This document shows positions 1 to 13,379 of a stretch of 64,000 bases of DNA, one piece after another. The stretch comes from Octopus sinensis. Lineage: Eukaryota. The translations under genes were made by a program, and so were the position numbers. Within the stretch, counting starts at the first letter, position 1. The number at the start of each line of letters is the position of its first letter. Below the pieces are notes generated by a model, which worked only from the letters and a program-made list of their open reading frames with translations, searched no databases and was not told the DNA's origin. The stretch is from assembly GCF_006345805.1 (NCBI RefSeq), contig NC_042997.1, positions 47,492,001 through 47,556,000 of the forward strand. Reading direction: 5' to 3'.

Positions 1-236
1 TTTCTTATTTAGGTACATGGACTGCGAGTACATTAACAGAATTAAATTTCTGAAATTGAAATTTGATTTCAGGGCAACCAGTACAATAGATACGATACCG
101 ATCAACGTTTTTTTACATGTATTTCGTGAAATTACAAAGTATATAGTAGGCGCTGCAAAAATATTAGTAAAATTTCATATAACATACGCAAACATAGACA
201 CAAATACATAAACTAGCTGCTAGCATTAATATATAT

Positions 237-284
<48 letters not shown>

Positions 285-286
<2 letters not shown>

Positions 287-405
287 AGCCGAGACACCCG
301 GCGTTACCCGGAAGTGAAATTATTCTTCATATATCGGAAGTAAATGTATGTTGTATAGAAATTTATTATTCTAAATGTAATTTAGTCTTCAGCTGGGAAA
401 TCAAT
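285..405 (-). mobile_element. Helitron 3' terminus fragment
   Basis: Minus strand ccgggtaacgccggg hairpin followed by CTGG|T (CTRR) abutting (TA)n; similar to the 14077-14106 terminus. Confidence 0.55.
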
Positions 406-407
406 TT

Positions 408-410
<3 letters not shown>

Positions 411-472
<62 letters not shown>

Positions 473-481
473 TAATAATAA

Positions 482-524
<43 letters not shown>

Positions 525-572
525 TTGAACCTATTATAATTATTATCATTATTATTATTATTATTATTATTA

Positions 573-603
<31 letters not shown>
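411..603. repeat. (AAT)n followed by (ATT)n
   Basis: Direct reading. Confidence 0.95.
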
Positions 604-687
604 GAGTGAGAAAGCAGTTCACGCCATCAAAGTGACACTGGGGTAAAATATACGAAGCCCAATATACCCATCATGACTACCCGTCTG

Positions 688-688
<1 letters not shown>
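604..688 (-). mobile_element. Family X retroposon, 3'-terminal 85 bp only
   Basis: Reverse complement matches cagacgggtagtcatgatgggtatattgggcttcg...ctcactc; tail is (ATT)n at 534-603. Confidence 0.75.
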
Positions 689-738
<50 letters not shown>

Positions 739-739
<1 letters not shown>

Positions 740-1506
740 TATGTTTGAATTTTGCTTTATGTCTGTACAAGTTGGCTCCAAATCTCACCCAGAGACCTTA
801 AGAGACAACAGGTTGGAAGTTCACGTTGTTGTTATGCCTAGTGTGCCATATATTTGTTTTTTATTGGTGTTGTACTAGTGAATGTCTAATACATACATCT
901 TTAAAAAAAAGTTTGTTTTAAACCTTGGGATTACATAGAGAGTATTTTGCGTAGGATATGAGCAGTTCCCATGAGCACTATCTTTTGAATTTCTGCCATT
1001 TTGGGGTTTCCTGGTATCTGAGTTAGGTAGCAATCAGCCCCTTTTGCTATCATTCCCAAGGCACCTATGACAACAGGTATTGTTTTAGTCTTCATGTTCC
1101 ACATTTTGCTGATTTCTATTTCAAGATATTTATATTTGCTCAGTTTTTGGTAGGTCTTGACAGATACGTTTATATCGATTGTGACAGTCATATCAATGAG
1201 GAGGCATGTTCTTTGTCTGAAGCCTTTCAATATGGTGTCTGGCCTATTTGCATCTATCTTTCTGTCAGTTTGAATGGTGAAGTTCCAGAGGAGTGAGATC
1301 TGGTCATTTTCAAGCACTGGAGGTGGATTGTGTTCCCACCAGTTTTTTTCATGTGGCAAATCCAAGTTTTTGCAAATTACCCACTGAATATATTGTGCAG
1401 CTCTGTCATGCCTGTTGAGGTACTCTGTAGGCGCTAGAAGACTGCATTTGGAGACAACATGATCAATGGTTTCATTTTGTTGTCGGCATACACGACATGT
1501 TGGGCT
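739..1506 (-). mobile_element. R4/Dong-like non-LTR retrotransposon 3' part: CCHC finger, restriction-like endonuclease, 3'UTR; (AAT)n tail at 689-738
   Basis: CRVC..ETIDHVVSKC, RHD, TDRKIDANRPD, IDMTV, KLSKY, PVVIGALG, LMGTAHILRKILSM* (stop at 931), then UTR and triplet tail. Confidence 0.9.
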
Positions 1507-2150
1507 ATGGACGAACATATCAGCATACGGAGAAAGTTTAGGAACAGTAGAAATTAGGAGTGGCATCTTCCGAGCGGACTGCCTGTCCCCACTGACCTTT
1601 GTACTGTGCTTGATACCACTAACACTGATTCTGAGGAAAGCAAAAGCTGGGTATGTATTTAAAAGCCGCCAACAAAATGTCAACCATTTGTTATTCATGG
1701 ATGCCCCCAAACTTTATGGTAAAGATGAAACCCAAATCAGTCCCTTCGTTGATACGGATTATAACTTCAGTGCTGATATCAAAATGGAGTTCGGACTGAG
1801 AAAGAGTGGCGTGTTAGTCTTGAAGAGAGGAAAAATCAAATGTATGGACGGGCTAACGATACCGTCGGGGGAGGTTATGAAGCAGATAGAAGAGACGGGC
1901 TATAAGTAATTGAGGGATTTTGGAAATGGATAAATTGATGGAGAAAGAAATGACAGAAAAATTAAAAGTGGAGTACTTGTGCAGACTGAGACTGATCCTT
2001 AAGTCGAAATTAGATGGACGTAATAAGATCGAATCTATCAACACCTGGGCAGTTTCACTGCTTAGATATGGAGCAGGGGTAATCGCATGGACAGTAGACG
2101 AACGAAACAGCTTAGACAGAAAGACATGTAATTTGCTAACTAGATATGTG
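1507..2150 (+). mobile_element. Reverse transcriptase segment of an R4/Dong-like element, inverted relative to the adjoining RLE segment; degraded
   Basis: WTNISAYGESLGTVEIRSGIFRADCLSPLTF (GIFQGD.LSP), NHLLFMDAPKLY (MDD), FGLRKS, GYKY-like, SINTWAVSLLRYGAG, LDRKT; frameshift near 1910. Confidence 0.88.
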
Positions 2151-3083
2151 TCACTCCTTTGACTGGGTGTGCTACCAGGTTAGGGAAATTACTTGTACGA
2201 GAAAAACTCTACAGACATGGACGCATAGAGTACACATAATCAGGTGCCCGATCATAGCCGATATGGGAAGATATGTTGGACACATGCTGTCGTCTTACCG
2301 CCTTCTCTCTTATTAATTTTAATATTATTTGGCATTCCATCGTTTCGAAGTCGATAAAATAAGTACACTCAAGCACTGGGATCGATGTAATTGATCTACC
2401 TCCTCCCCTTAAGAAATGTTGGCCTTGTGTCTACAAGACTAGAAAAAAACTTCCCTAAAATTTTATAAGGAGACCTATACAAAACATATTTGTACAGGTC
2501 ATTTTCAATTCGCATCCAAATCATATCCATCTTATGTGCGTATGTGACATCATTCAAAAATGGATGAATGTCTTGAAATGATAAACTTAGTCGATATATT
2601 TTTTGTCAATGTTATGTCTAAATGTTTATTAATTATATTAACCCATGTAGAACATTTCCTAGTAACAATGTAGATTTTATTAATATTTAAAGGGAAAAAC
2701 GACTATAAGAGAATAAATATTTTGTGTTTGATGTTTTTAAACTTAAAGAACAAGGATGGCGGTTTCTGCAAAACAGAAAATCAATTTTGATATTACCTCT
2801 TCGCTGGAACCAATATTAACTTTTGCTGTTATCTGAGAGTTAAATGAAACGGTATTGTAACAGTAAAAATCTAACCTAAAAAGAAATAAAACGGCAACGA
2901 CTAGGAAGAGAAACAACACCCAGTAATGGCGCAGGAAAAAGACTACGGTAACCAGATGAATAAGAAATAAAAAGCAGAAATGACAAATGCAATAAAAATA
3001 CTAGCTGCAGCAAAAATGCAACACAACTAAAATATTAGCAACGACAGCATTACTAACAGAAGCTTTATTGCTGCTGCTGCTAA

Positions 3084-3114
<31 letters not shown>

Positions 3115-3446
3115 ATAATTTCAATCATTGGTGTCAACAGAAAAGTGAAACAACATTAGTTACAAGATGCATAGTAATAATTGACACATGCTTTTAACGT
3201 GTTGATATTTGAAAAACGGTTTCACTTTGACAATGGCATGGTCATTTCGCGTTTTTCAGAATGCTTTGATCTTCGTAGAAGAAGCTTTATTGGCAGAAAT
3301 CAATAATTAATCGAGATGACATGATGTGTTATGGTCGATTTCCGCAATAAAAGAAAATCTGAAAGTTTATTGGAAATATAATCAGATATGAAACAAATAA
3401 AAATCAGAGTTGTTAATGACGTTGTTTTATAATAATTATAAAAACT

Positions 3447-3448
<2 letters not shown>

Positions 3449-3513
<65 letters not shown>

Positions 3514-3653
3514 TAATAATGACGATGATGACGATGATGATGATAATGAAGATAGTGATCACGATAATAGTCATTTTTTCTGTTATTTTAATGTTTCTTC
3601 TCATTTTGTTTTACTTTGTTCTTATAGTAACAAAAATGATGATGATGATGATG

Positions 3654-3704
<51 letters not shown>

Positions 3705-3794
3705 GCAATAACAACAACAACAATAATAATAATAAAAGCAGTAGTATTGTTGCTGTAGCAATTATTATCATTGTTATCCTTATAGTTATTGTTT

Positions 3795-3860
<66 letters not shown>
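3449..3860. repeat. Compound AAT/GAT/AAC/ATT microsatellite
   Basis: Direct reading. Confidence 0.95.
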
Positions 3861-3861
<1 letters not shown>

Positions 3862-4157
3862 AAATTTGAGGGACAAAATCAAAGAAAAATATAAACTTCT
3901 TTTCTTCTTTCAGTTTTTCAGAAGGAAAAAAGGTTCATCGATGTTAATTTTTGAAGATGTAATGCCAATCTGAAAATACTATTCTCTTTAAAGGAGATAG
4001 ATCAAAGAATGGAAAATTTAATTTGGAGATTAACACAAAGAATTATAGGATATCATAAAAATGAAAATACAAAATTAAAAGGACACTGAGAATTATTTTT
4101 ATTATCCTCACGCAATATTTTCCCACGTTCAATTATAATTTTAGTTTCTTCTTCAAC

Positions 4158-4160
<3 letters not shown>

Positions 4161-4195
<35 letters not shown>

Positions 4196-4240
4196 TATCA
4201 TCTTCTTCTTCTTCTTCTTCTGTTTCTGCTCCTCCTCCTT

Positions 4241-4271
<31 letters not shown>

Positions 4272-4355
4272 TTCTTCTTCTTCTTCTTCTCCTCCTCCTT
4301 CTTCTTTTTCTTCTTCCCCTCCTCTTCTCTTCCTCCCCCCTCTTCTTGTTCTTCC
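4161..4355. repeat. (CAT)n/(CTT)n/(CCT)n microsatellite
   Basis: Direct reading. Confidence 0.95.
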
Positions 4356-6209
4356 TTTTCATGTAGTTATCGTGTGGTTATTATTGATAGTATTCTTAGC
4401 ATTATTAATAATATGATTGTTATTGTTCTCGCCATTAGTATTGTTATTATTGTTATTGCTATTTAATTAATTAATAACTAATTAAAATTAATCCTGCACA
4501 TAATTAAAATTTGCATTCTGAAACCAGCGGAAAGGACTTTGGGCTTTTTTATAAGCATCAATTGCCGAAATCCTCCTGAAAATTTCCATTCATATTGAGA
4601 TTTATGCTCTAAATCACGCCAAATTTACTCTCATATTAGTGTCCCCACTATTTTTAATTATAGCATAGTTATGTGTTAACAATCTTTCAGAATATTACAG
4701 GCTATGAAGCATTTGTTCATTCTTTCAGTGGAGGAATTCTGTGCTTCCCAAAGTTTCCTTAAAACTTTTCTGCATTTCGGTAAGTTTTGAATTTTGTAAA
4801 TTTTGGAATAAATTTACAATCAAAGAAACCAACATAATAGTAATGGATCTGATATGAAGACCAAATATATAGTGCGTGTGTTTCACTGAAAAAATATAAC
4901 CATCACCGAATATAACAATATCTAGAATCACTCTTTTTTCGTTTAACTCATCCAGCTTCCTGATTCTAATTATGGGAAATTTTTTAGTAAGAATGAATTC
5001 ACTTCGTCAGTTTTTTCCGTAGCTCTCAGATAATTCATCTGAATCCTCTGCTTTTTCTTTCGTCCTTGCTATAACTCACATAGACAGGGACTCACACGCT
5101 GTTAATGATTAATTATGTTAACTGAACATAATTGGTGTTACGAGATAATGCATATGATTATCAAAATTTCTGAAACGTATTCGGACTATTTTTGTACACA
5201 TTTCCCCATTCCTATCCTTTTTCATTTGTTCCTATAAATTTCTAACATATTAGGGAAGAATTGTTGATCAATAATTCATCTTCTTGTCATTGTTGTTTAC
5301 TTTTAGATTTTAGATCAACTTAGCAAGCCTTGGTTCAGAAGCGTTCCAGTCATGCCCATTCCATACTTATATTGAACACTACTTATACATTTGTACATTA
5401 TTCCCTGTTCCATTACATTAAAAACACTAATTTGAAATTTGGAGAGGTTTATTCTGCGATTTCTCTGAAATAGACTGACCAGTTAAAGGCTTTCTATTGG
5501 TTTCGATATGATAGTTTTCAGAAAGTTGTGAGAAATATTCAACCCTTTAAATATTTTTATCATTTTCACATATGGCTAAATATCTTTCAACTGCTTTTCA
5601 ATGAACAAACTTTTCTTTATATTTAAACCAAATTTCCTTTCTACAAAAATACATTATATCTTTAAAAATTTTAATACGACAATGATTATACTTATTTTGA
5701 TGCGTCGCGTGACAAACATATTCGTACGCATTTAGCGTATCTCTGACACATCAAATTTTATTTGTAATTCGCTTATCATTAAATTTTGGCGTCTTAAATT
5801 TGGATTTAATGCTGTCGTTATGCGAATGCTAATATACTGGACATAAATATCATATTTGCGAATAACTAGTCAATTTGCTTACAGTCAGCTGCCGCAGAGC
5901 GCTAATCAGTCACCGTACGAAGACTGAAATTTAAGAGAATCACTCGTTTATCAGTTCGTAGCTCCAGCTTGCCTAATGCTTGTGAACAAAGTGCAGATAA
6001 CTAGTCTGAAATGCTTGCACCCCACAGTCTGGATAGGTGGCGCTACGAAACGGATATATTGGTGTATCACACCATTCTGTCTGCAGCGAGAAATTTTCAC
6101 CGTGACAAAACGCAGTGAATGGTTTATTTAGATACATATTTGAACTGGTGATAACATTTATTTCTACACATCACTGCTTAGCCACCGCCCTCTCGCTGAC
6201 AACTTGGAA

Positions 6210-6484
6210 AAACGTATTCTGCTTTAGTCACGGGCCAACCAAAGCCTCGTGAAAGGATTTGGTAGATGGAAATTCAAAGAAGCCCGTCGTGTGTATATAT
6301 ACTTATATGTGTATGCGCGTGCGCGTGCCTTTATGTGCCTGTGCTTGACCGCCACTACCGCTTGACAATCGCTGTTGGTGTGTTTGCATCCTGGTAACCT
6401 AGCGGTCCAGCTAATAAGTATCATGCTTAACAAATGTACTGGGGTCGATTCATTGGACTTAAAATTGTCCAAGGCGGCCCCAGA
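6210..6484 (+). mobile_element. Diverged partial SINE family B
   Basis: ccaaagcctcgtgaaaggatttggtagatggaaattcaaagaagcccgtcg and downstream motifs. Confidence 0.7.
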
Positions 6485-7744
6485 GTATTTTCGTAAAATT
6501 ATTGTTTAATTGAAATTCTTTCAGGTTACGTTATCCCGATATCCTAAGACTGTATTTCGCTGATTGAATTAGTCGAAATATTGTATATTTGTATATGTAA
6601 CATTGTGCGTTCTTTTAGAATTTATGAGGTCAAAGAGAGCATTGATATGTTTAGATTGAAAGTCTTGCGAGTTTTAGTATAAGAATAGACAGAGAGTATT
6701 TTATTATGCATGGACAAGGTAGGAGAAACAACATTATATTCCATGACATAAGTATAGAATTGATAATTCTGACTGCACAAAAGTGAAAGGTGAAGAATAT
6801 GGAGGACAGGGAACCATATCAAATGTCGCGGTTGTGTATGATGTATTAGCTGAACTAATACAACTAATACTGAATTAAAACGCAACCTATAAATTGCTAG
6901 CAGCATGACCTTCCAAGGATATAACATGAGTTTTGTGAGAGGTATTCTGAGTAAAGCACTGTCAACGCTTCCAAAACAGATTTATACCCCCACCACACAC
7001 ACACATACACACACACACACATATATATGTATATATATACGGAAATACATGCTATCATCTTTCTTTCCTTTCTTCTTTCCATCCTTCCCAATTTCCTTTC
7101 TTCCTTCGTGCATTCCTTCCCCCTTTCATTCATCCATTCATGCATACATACACACATACATACGTATGCACATACATATACACATGCATACATACAAAAA
7201 TGCATAGATACAGTGAAATTTAGGAATATAACCTCCATGTTGAGACGGACCAAGCTCCATCAGCTAGCTTGTTCTAATATGGAATCGTGACAACCTGTAT
7301 CAATGGGTAATAATGATGAATGTGTGTGGATTTTGAAAGCTGCAATGACAGTAAATATTTTATGTGAATCACGCCACATGCTTATAAAAAATATTTGGTG
7401 ATAAAGTATTAAATTCTTAAAATTATGTTGGAAAAGAAAAATCCATACAAATCTATATTCAAAACTTTTCTTTTTGTTTGAATATCCATTCAGTGTTGCC
7501 AGTATTAGTAGCAAAATAGTTAACCATACACACACGCACACATAGACACGCGGACGTACCCTACGCACACACACATATCACGCACTCACACACGCATACA
7601 CACATTTACACACACGTACACACATCCACACACAGGTATACACACACTCACACACACTCATACATACACTCACACACAAGCACAAATATTCATAAATTTC
7701 CAGCTTCAATTAATACAGAATGACATAATCGGTTTTTAAATGTA

Positions 7745-7963
7745 TAGTAAACCCTCGACTATCGCGGAGTTACGTTCCAAAAGAACACCGCGATAGGTGA
7801 AAATCCGCGAAGTAGATACAGTACTGTATAATATTTTCTAATTATTATTATAATATGTATATATTTATTTTATTATAAATGCAAAACAACACCATGGAGG
7901 AGTCGACGTAAATTTAAATAATAAACCGCGATAGGTGAACCGCGATACGACGAGGGATTACTG
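7745..7963. mobile_element. Tigger/pogo-like MITE
   Basis: Imperfect TIRs tagtaaaccctcgactatcgcgg / ccgcgatacgacgagggattactg; TA on the left; internal ccgcgataggtgaa repeated. Confidence 0.7.
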
Positions 7964-8612
7964 CATAACTTTTTAATGCCGTATGCAATAGTGTATAACA
8001 TTTAAAATATAACATGCAGTCGTAAGAGGGAAAAAAAGCATAAGTAGCAACAGCATTGCATCTTCAACTGTCAGAGTTTAATAAATGCAAATCAAGGTGG
8101 TATGCATTTTGAAAAAGATTTATTGTTATAGAATGTCAACATATAATCCAAAGAGTGAAAGTGAATCATAGCCATTGTGCCACGCAACTGGTGTTTCCAA
8201 ATTGCATGTGCAATAGGTATAACGTACTTTGTTCCTTGGTTGTCGAAGCATATTTTTTCTTTTTAATTACTTTATATTTTTATTTGCATATCACGTTGTA
8301 CTATTGAAAATTCAGAGACAAACTTCCACAATCTTCGTGATACAAGTACAAAAGCCATTATCCATTTTTAAATAAATAAGAATTTTGAATATCTCACAAT
8401 ACTATAATTTTTTGAATAAAAACAGAATGCATATTTATATGTTCGCGCATATGCGAACATATTAATATGCAATCGTGGTTATGAAGTCTATAGCTTTACA
8501 GGTAACACAAGTGAGGGTATATAAGTAGACATGTGTGTGTGAGTGTGTGTATGTGTGAGTGTGGGTGTGTGTGAGTGTGTGCGCGTGCGAGTGTGTATCT
8601 GTGTGTGTAGAT

Positions 8613-8709
<97 letters not shown>

Positions 8710-9105
8710 TAGGTAAATTTCCAAATTAGTTTGGTAAGGATATATAATCCTAGCTACCGTATTCACTTTTTCCTTTAAATAATGCTGGCTAACCTCCGTG
8801 AGAGTAAAAAATTTGCAATTAGTTTATTTCACTATCATCAGTAGATCTTCACATATGCAAGTCTGTACGTCTCTATAGAGATTGCGTGTTGTCGGTAGAG
8901 AAGAGAACAGAGATTTATATATTCTTCAGGGTCTATTAACAGAGTTGGGATCTAAACGCTGCTCATAGCACCCTGAAGAAGCGGTAATTAGTACCAAAAT
9001 GTACACCAATATACAAAATTTTGCAATGTGCATTAAATTAGAACAGAAACATACGTAGGTGCAAAAATGGAAAGATATGTAGGTGCAAAAATGGAAAGAC
9101 GTAAT

Positions 9106-9255
9106 ATGTGTGTGTGTTGGTGTATATGACGCGTTTCTGTCCGTTTCTGTCTACCAAATCCACTCACAAGGGTTTGGTCGGTCCGAGGCTATTGTTGAAG
9201 GAACTCGGCCAAGGTTCCACGCCGTGGGACTGAACCCGGAACCATATGGTTGCGA
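9106..9255 (-). mobile_element. Partial SINE family B (5' half)
   Basis: ctaccaaatccactcacaagg..gggactgaacccggaaccatatgg. Confidence 0.7.
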
Positions 9256-9625
9256 AGTAATGATCATACCACATAGAATAATACCGTGTAATATGAATGG
9301 GTACAGATCGTCCAAGATGTCTTTGGTGGGAGCTGCAAAATTTCTGGTAGATTTCAACGCATATAACAAATACCTATCGTATCCTATGCAAATTTGGTCC
9401 ACAGTTATTGATAACAAGATATTATCATACAGTGAGAATTCTCTTGTTATACATCATGAATTTCATAGTATCCGCAGAGTTTATATAAATAGACAAATAA
9501 TAGGAAAATGTATTTAAAATCTCTATTTAAAATCACTACAATTAATTCTACTCTTCACTACACCCGCAGTACATTGATGGGATGATATAATTAATGTATT
9601 GTGTCATCATTATTATCCATCAAGC

Positions 9626-9627
<2 letters not shown>

Positions 9628-9698
<71 letters not shown>

Positions 9699-9800
9699 TA
9701 TATACGTACATATATGAATATATATATATACACATATGTTCATATATGTAGATAGATATATATTCATACATACACACATACACACATACACACACACATA

Positions 9801-9868
<68 letters not shown>
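9628..9868. repeat. (TA)n / (CA)n array
   Basis: Direct reading. Confidence 0.95.
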
Positions 9869-9872
<4 letters not shown>

Positions 9873-10512
9873 ACGAGGAAAGAATGTCTAAATCCATAAA
9901 TACATCCACAGCGTTAGATCAATTTCGTTGGAAAAAAGGTTGAATAGATTCGAATAAATGATCCTGAAGATAACGTATTAATTCACGAAATTCGATCTCT
10001 CACTTATGTGAGGAATATTTTCTTTATATCGATACCGGTAATGAATAATTAAACAGGTATATAAATAATTCGCTGAATTATTAAAAAAAAAAAAAAATCG
10101 GCCTGAAAAGAAATTTGAGCTGGGGAAGCAGATTAACGTTTTATAAGAATCGCTTACTAATCATATCTTGTCATGAAAGAGTATATTGTCTTTTTTAAAA
10201 ACAAAAAAAAAAAACGAAGAAGAAGAAAATAAAATAAAAAGTTATATTTCATTATAAATTTCAAAGCGATATCATCTATTGAACAGGCTTAGAGAAATCG
10301 AATATAATCTTTATATTTAAAATTATCCTGAGATGAAAAATTAGCCTCGATTCATTGGTTCAAAAGTATCCGATAAATGATATCCACTTCAAATTTTCAA
10401 GAAACTCCATTATTAGACCATTAACATTAACCATAATTGCTAAACAGCACCAGCACCAGTAGGAACAACAACAAAAAAAAATGCAACAACAGCTACTACT
10501 ACTACTACTACA

Positions 10513-10551
<39 letters not shown>

Positions 10552-10856
10552 GCTACCGCTGTTGTTGCTGCTGCTGCCGCTGCTTCTCCTTTTACATACC
10601 GTATTGAGCATGAAACGCGTTCAATTAATATTATTGGCAATGCACTATTAACAAGAGTAACCAGATGTGACGCAATATCATATATATTAAGTTACGGAAC
10701 CACTTGCTTGGAATGTAAAAGAGAGGACGGAGCGAAGGGATGGGTCATACGGGTGAATCACACCTCTACACAGAACTGTTACAACATTTGGGCGGATATA
10801 TTATAACGGTAACAGTTAAGAGTTTCCGCAATGACGTTTATTTTTTTATATATATG

Positions 10857-11026
10857 ACAGTATTTCGTCTTTCTTTACGTTCTGAGTTCAAATTTCGCCG
10901 AAGTTACCTTTGCCTTTCATCCTTTTGGAGTTAATATATTAAGTATCAGTAGCGTATTGAAGTCGGTCTAATCGACTGGCCGCCTCCTTAAAAATTTCGG
11001 ACCTTGTACATAGAGTAGAAAAGGAT
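10857..11026 (+). mobile_element. SINE family M (Meta-domain-like core gcctttcatcctt..gtcgataaaataagtaccag)
   Basis: Core motif recurs at ~2340, 18790, 19490, 19797, 33530, 33860, 55060, 58030, 62900 and 63095. Resemblance to the Meta SINE domain is recalled, not verified. Confidence 0.7.
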
Positions 11027-11275
11027 ATATATGACAGGCAAGTCATGAGTTCCGAGGTGATCAGGAGTGATATGTAGCTGATGGAACTTTACGGATCTTA
11101 TACGACCTCAGAACAGGGGCTGGAGGTAGAGTTGACGGTGGTGGTTCGATAGCCAAAGTGTATTTGTTTTTTAACTAAGTTTTTTTTTTATATCTCATAT
11201 CACTTAACACATACGCATAAATGCAACTCCCTGAAATATTCACGCTTATTTACGTGGCAGATATATGTAATTTGT

Positions 11276-11444
11276 GAAGGCGCGTGGCTTAGTGGTTAGG
11301 GGCATTCGGCTCATGATCGTAAGGTCGTGAGTTCAATTCCCGGCGGCGCATTGTGTCCTTGAGCAAAGCACTTTGTTTCATTTTGCTCCAGTCCACTCAG
11401 CTGGCAAAAAAAAAAAAAAAAGAAACTGAGTAGTACCTGCATTT
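11276..11444 (+). mobile_element. tRNA-headed SINE abutting the truncated mariner
   Basis: A box tggcttagtgg, B box gagttcaattccc, followed by tgtgtccttgagcaaagcac. Confidence 0.75.
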
Positions 11445-12443
11445 GTGTATGGAGAGGGTGCCATAGCTGAAAGAACCGCCCGTGATTGGTACGCCAAGTT
11501 CAAAAATGGAAATTTTGACCTCAAAGACGCACTTTGTTCTCACCGTCCAGTTGAGTTCGATGAAGAGCGATTGAACCAACGTTTGAACGAAAATTCTCGT
11601 CAAACGTCAAGAAAACTGACAGAGAAAATGGAATGCTCCAACACTGCTATAGAGAAGCATCTTCACTCGATGAGAAAGGTTCAGAAGTATGGATCATGGG
11701 TTCCACATGCTTCAAGTCACAACAACAAAAATCAACATGCCACAATCTCCGCTGATTTGCTTGCTTATCACCGCTCAACTCATGGACACAAACAACGATT
11801 TCTTTACCGAATCGTTACTGGCGACGAAAAATGGTGCTTGTACATCAATATGAGACAGCGTAAGGAATGGCTTAGCCCCGATAAACAAGGATCTTCACCC
11901 GCGTAAAACAATGTTGTGCGTATGATGGGTCTGGGAATGGATTATCCATTACGAATTGCTTGAACGGAACCAAACGGTCAACGCGGAACTCTATGTTCAA
12001 CAGATGGAACGACTCAACACGGCTATTCAAGAGAAAAAATCCTAATCGGCAGCAAGGAGTTCTTCTGCTGCACGACAACACCCGCACTCATATCGCCAAT
12101 ATGACCAAGGAAGCCATTCAAACGCTGGCTGGGAAGTGCTGCCACAGCCGCCATACTCTTCTAATTTGGCACCAACGGATTTCTACATTTTTCGATCTCC
12201 TTCAAATGCTATGCGCGGAGTTTCGTTCAATACTGATGCAGAATTGAGAGCTTCGTTGGATCAATGTTTCGAATCGAAATCGCGTAATTTCTACCAACGA
12301 GGTATTGAAAATCTTGTTGAACGTTTGGAAGAAGTTGTAAACAACAACGGTGAATACATTATAGATTAATTAGTTGTTATTTTTTGTTAAAACTTTTTAA
12401 AAATTTACATTAAAAAACGGCGGGAACTTAGTTGCCAACCCAA
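11445..12443 (+). mobile_element. 5'-truncated mariner transposon, frameshifted transposase, right TIR intact
   Basis: WYAKFKNG, WVPH, IVTGDEKW, LLLHDNTRTH, PPYSSNLAPTDF; right end aaaaacggcgggaacttagttgccaacccaa followed by TA. Confidence 0.92.
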
Positions 12444-13379
12444 TATATATATATACATATTAATATATACATATATTAATATATACACATATTAATATAT
12501 ACACGTATTAATATATACATATATGTAAGAACGAGTATAAAGTGCGGTTGTATATTTAGCAATATATATTTATTTTGAAAAGAATTACCATCATAAAATA
12601 TATATAGATGTAACAAAAAGAAATATATATATATAGATGTAACAAAGTGTTAAAAAAACACTCTGGTACCATTTAAATTTTACATAGGGTTCTCAATCTC
12701 CGCTTAATATATTCATACTCAGACACCGCCATCCAGATAAGAGATACACGTGGATTATATACAATTGCACACGTGCGTGTGTGCGCAGACACACACACAT
12801 ATATATATATAGAAAACTCAGGATATGTGTGTGCGTGTATATGTACGTTTGCTCGTGTGTGTAAACCAGAAGAACTTCTGAAGTTCGTAGCTGATTTCCT
12901 CCGAACTGGGAACATACATTCCGTTCCGGAGATTGTTTTAGACTCTGAAAAGTTTTCACATAATGAGTAATCGGGCCTCTGTGAGCAGAAAACCCACTTT
13001 CCTGGGGTACGCACGACTACCTTAATGGTCTACGCATTGCTTCTATTTAAATTGTAAAAAAAAATAGCTACTAAAATTATATAAGTAGGCTGTATTAAAT
13101 AGATGAACCGATATAGATTTCAAACTGCATTGTCTATAGTAGCAATTATTGCCTTTTCCCGTAGTACCTGGAATAAAAACCGTTTGGAACGCTCTCTGTT
13201 CATTATAAAAAATATGCTAGAATATATTAAATCCTGATCAACAATTCAACTGTTTTCTTTTAGCTTCAGTATCAAAGTCTTTCTTCTAAATGTATAGGAA
13301 ACCCATAAAAATATTTATCAGCTATTGATTACAAACTCAAATATCGCATGTACATTTATTTTGTCTAATTTATTTTGTC

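Noticed and set aside
6031-6045. CTCF-like aggtggcgc motif
   Set aside because: A single short match in 64 kb is compatible with chance.
6690-6900. Possible R4-like relic (MHGQ..LIILTAQ..TISNV)
   Set aside because: Too degraded; motifs are short and need several frameshifts.
9052-9099. 24-bp direct duplication
   Set aside because: Ordinary local slippage next to a SINE.
11276-11350. tRNA gene candidates (also 56007, 60459, 62561)
   Set aside because: A/B boxes run into SINE bodies; no complete cloverleaf evident.
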